Shown one piece after another: positions 63,045 to 64,000 of a DNA stretch of 64,000 nucleotides. The stretch is from positions 120,919 through 184,918 of the forward strand of contig JAQGDQ010000456.1 of the NCBI GenBank assembly GCA_030141605.1, given 5' to 3'. The DNA comes from Tubiluchus corallicola. Its lineage: Eukaryota; Animalia; Priapulida. The notes beneath the pieces were generated by a model. It saw only the letters and a program-made list of their open reading frames with translations, did no database searches and had not been told where the DNA came from. Position 1 is the first letter of the stretch; the number at the start of each line of letters is the position of its first letter. The translations under genes and the position numbers were made by a program.

Positions 63045-63061
63045 CTAAAACGATAGAATAG

Positions 63062-63400
63062 TAAACAATATAGTAAACAACAATAACAAACAATAGCAGT
63101 AGTTTAAAAACAACAATAACAAACAACAGCAGTAATTGAAAAACAACAATAATAAACAATAGCAGTAATTTAAAAACAACAATAACAAACAATAGCAGTA
63201 ATTTGAAAACAACAACAATAAACAATAGCAGTAATTTAAAACAACAATAATAAACAATAGCAGTAATTTAAAACAACAATAATAAACAATAGCAGTAATT
63301 TAAAACAACAATAATAAACAATAGCAGTAATTTAAAAACAACAATAATAAACAATAGCAGTAATTTAAAACAACAATAATAAACAATAGCAGTAGTTTAA
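63062..63400. repeat. ~30-bp minisatellite aacaataataaacaatagcagtaatttaaa (~11 copies; ~5 copies at 52570-52725)
   Basis: Visible in both paralogs next to the exon 2 acceptor. Confidence 0.9.
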
Positions 63401-63829
63401 AAATGATGCGCCACGGCTGAAGAAGAAAAATGACCACAAACGTTTGAAACGCGGGTCGCTGAAAGTACAGGTGTCATCTAGTTTACAAGTTTAAACTGGA
63501 ACCAGCCTCAAAATCGGTCCCTATGTGCCTAGACGAATAGCTATGAATGTGATTAGCTTCTGTTGCTTCCATTAGCAGAACCATAGGCAACTACGATCGT
63601 AGAAGCAGCGGTAACAACAACAACGACAGCAACAAATAAACATTTCCGTTGTTTGAGTTGTGTCAAAATTCAACTAAGTGTAGTTTTGTACAATGATGAC
63701 CTTGACATTAAGATTATAAATAATAATCGCTAAACATTTTTTCTTTTTGACCAAATTTTCTAGTGAAATTCGTCTTGCGTGGTATCTATATAGAAATAGC
63801 AAAACCGTTTAAAACGTATTAAGAATTAA

Positions 63830-64000
63830 TGATAAAGGCAAAGGCAAAGTTAGAGTTAAAGGCAAAGGCAAAGACAAAGACAAAGACAAAGACAAAGGCA
63901 AAGGCAAAGATAAAGATAAAGGTAAAGACAAAGGCAAAGGCAAAGAAAAAGATAAAAATAAAGGTAAAGATAAAGGCAAAGATAAAGATAAAGGTAAAGA
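63830..64000. repeat. AAAGGC/AAAGAT hexamer repeat (paralog of 53155-54138)
   Basis: Visible. Confidence 0.9.

Overview
AT-rich, repeat-dense genomic DNA from an animal, probably an invertebrate: it has GT-AG introns, TTAGGG-type repeats, SINE and LINE remnants, and DNA-transposon MITEs. Most ORFs in the track are artefacts of micro- and minisatellites. Manual splicing supports four genes. (1) A two-exon DEG/ENaC channel (+, 25436-28349, ~539 aa). (2) A ninjurin (+, core 48870-50084) with a probable N-terminal extension made of phase-0 micro-exons, three of them tandem duplicates. (3) A short secreted, probably GPI-anchored LRR protein (-, 54403-51338, ~271 aa), tail-to-tail with ninjurin. 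(4) Its recent tandem paralog (-, exons 63044-62707 and 58879-58650; exon 1 lies beyond the window). The strongest signal is that the paralogous LRR exons differ by ~11-14% at nucleotide level, mostly amino-acid changing, while alignable intron sequence differs by only ~1.5-5%. This suggests diversifying selection on a recognition receptor with a VLR-like layout. Other elements are a 5S rRNA-derived copy, three tRNA-headed SINEs, CR1/L2 and RTE 3' fragments, Kolobok-like and hAT MITEs (one with its empty site in the paralog), many tandem arrays, and a 2.6-kb (ACT)n tract. All counts are by eye and no database searches were run.
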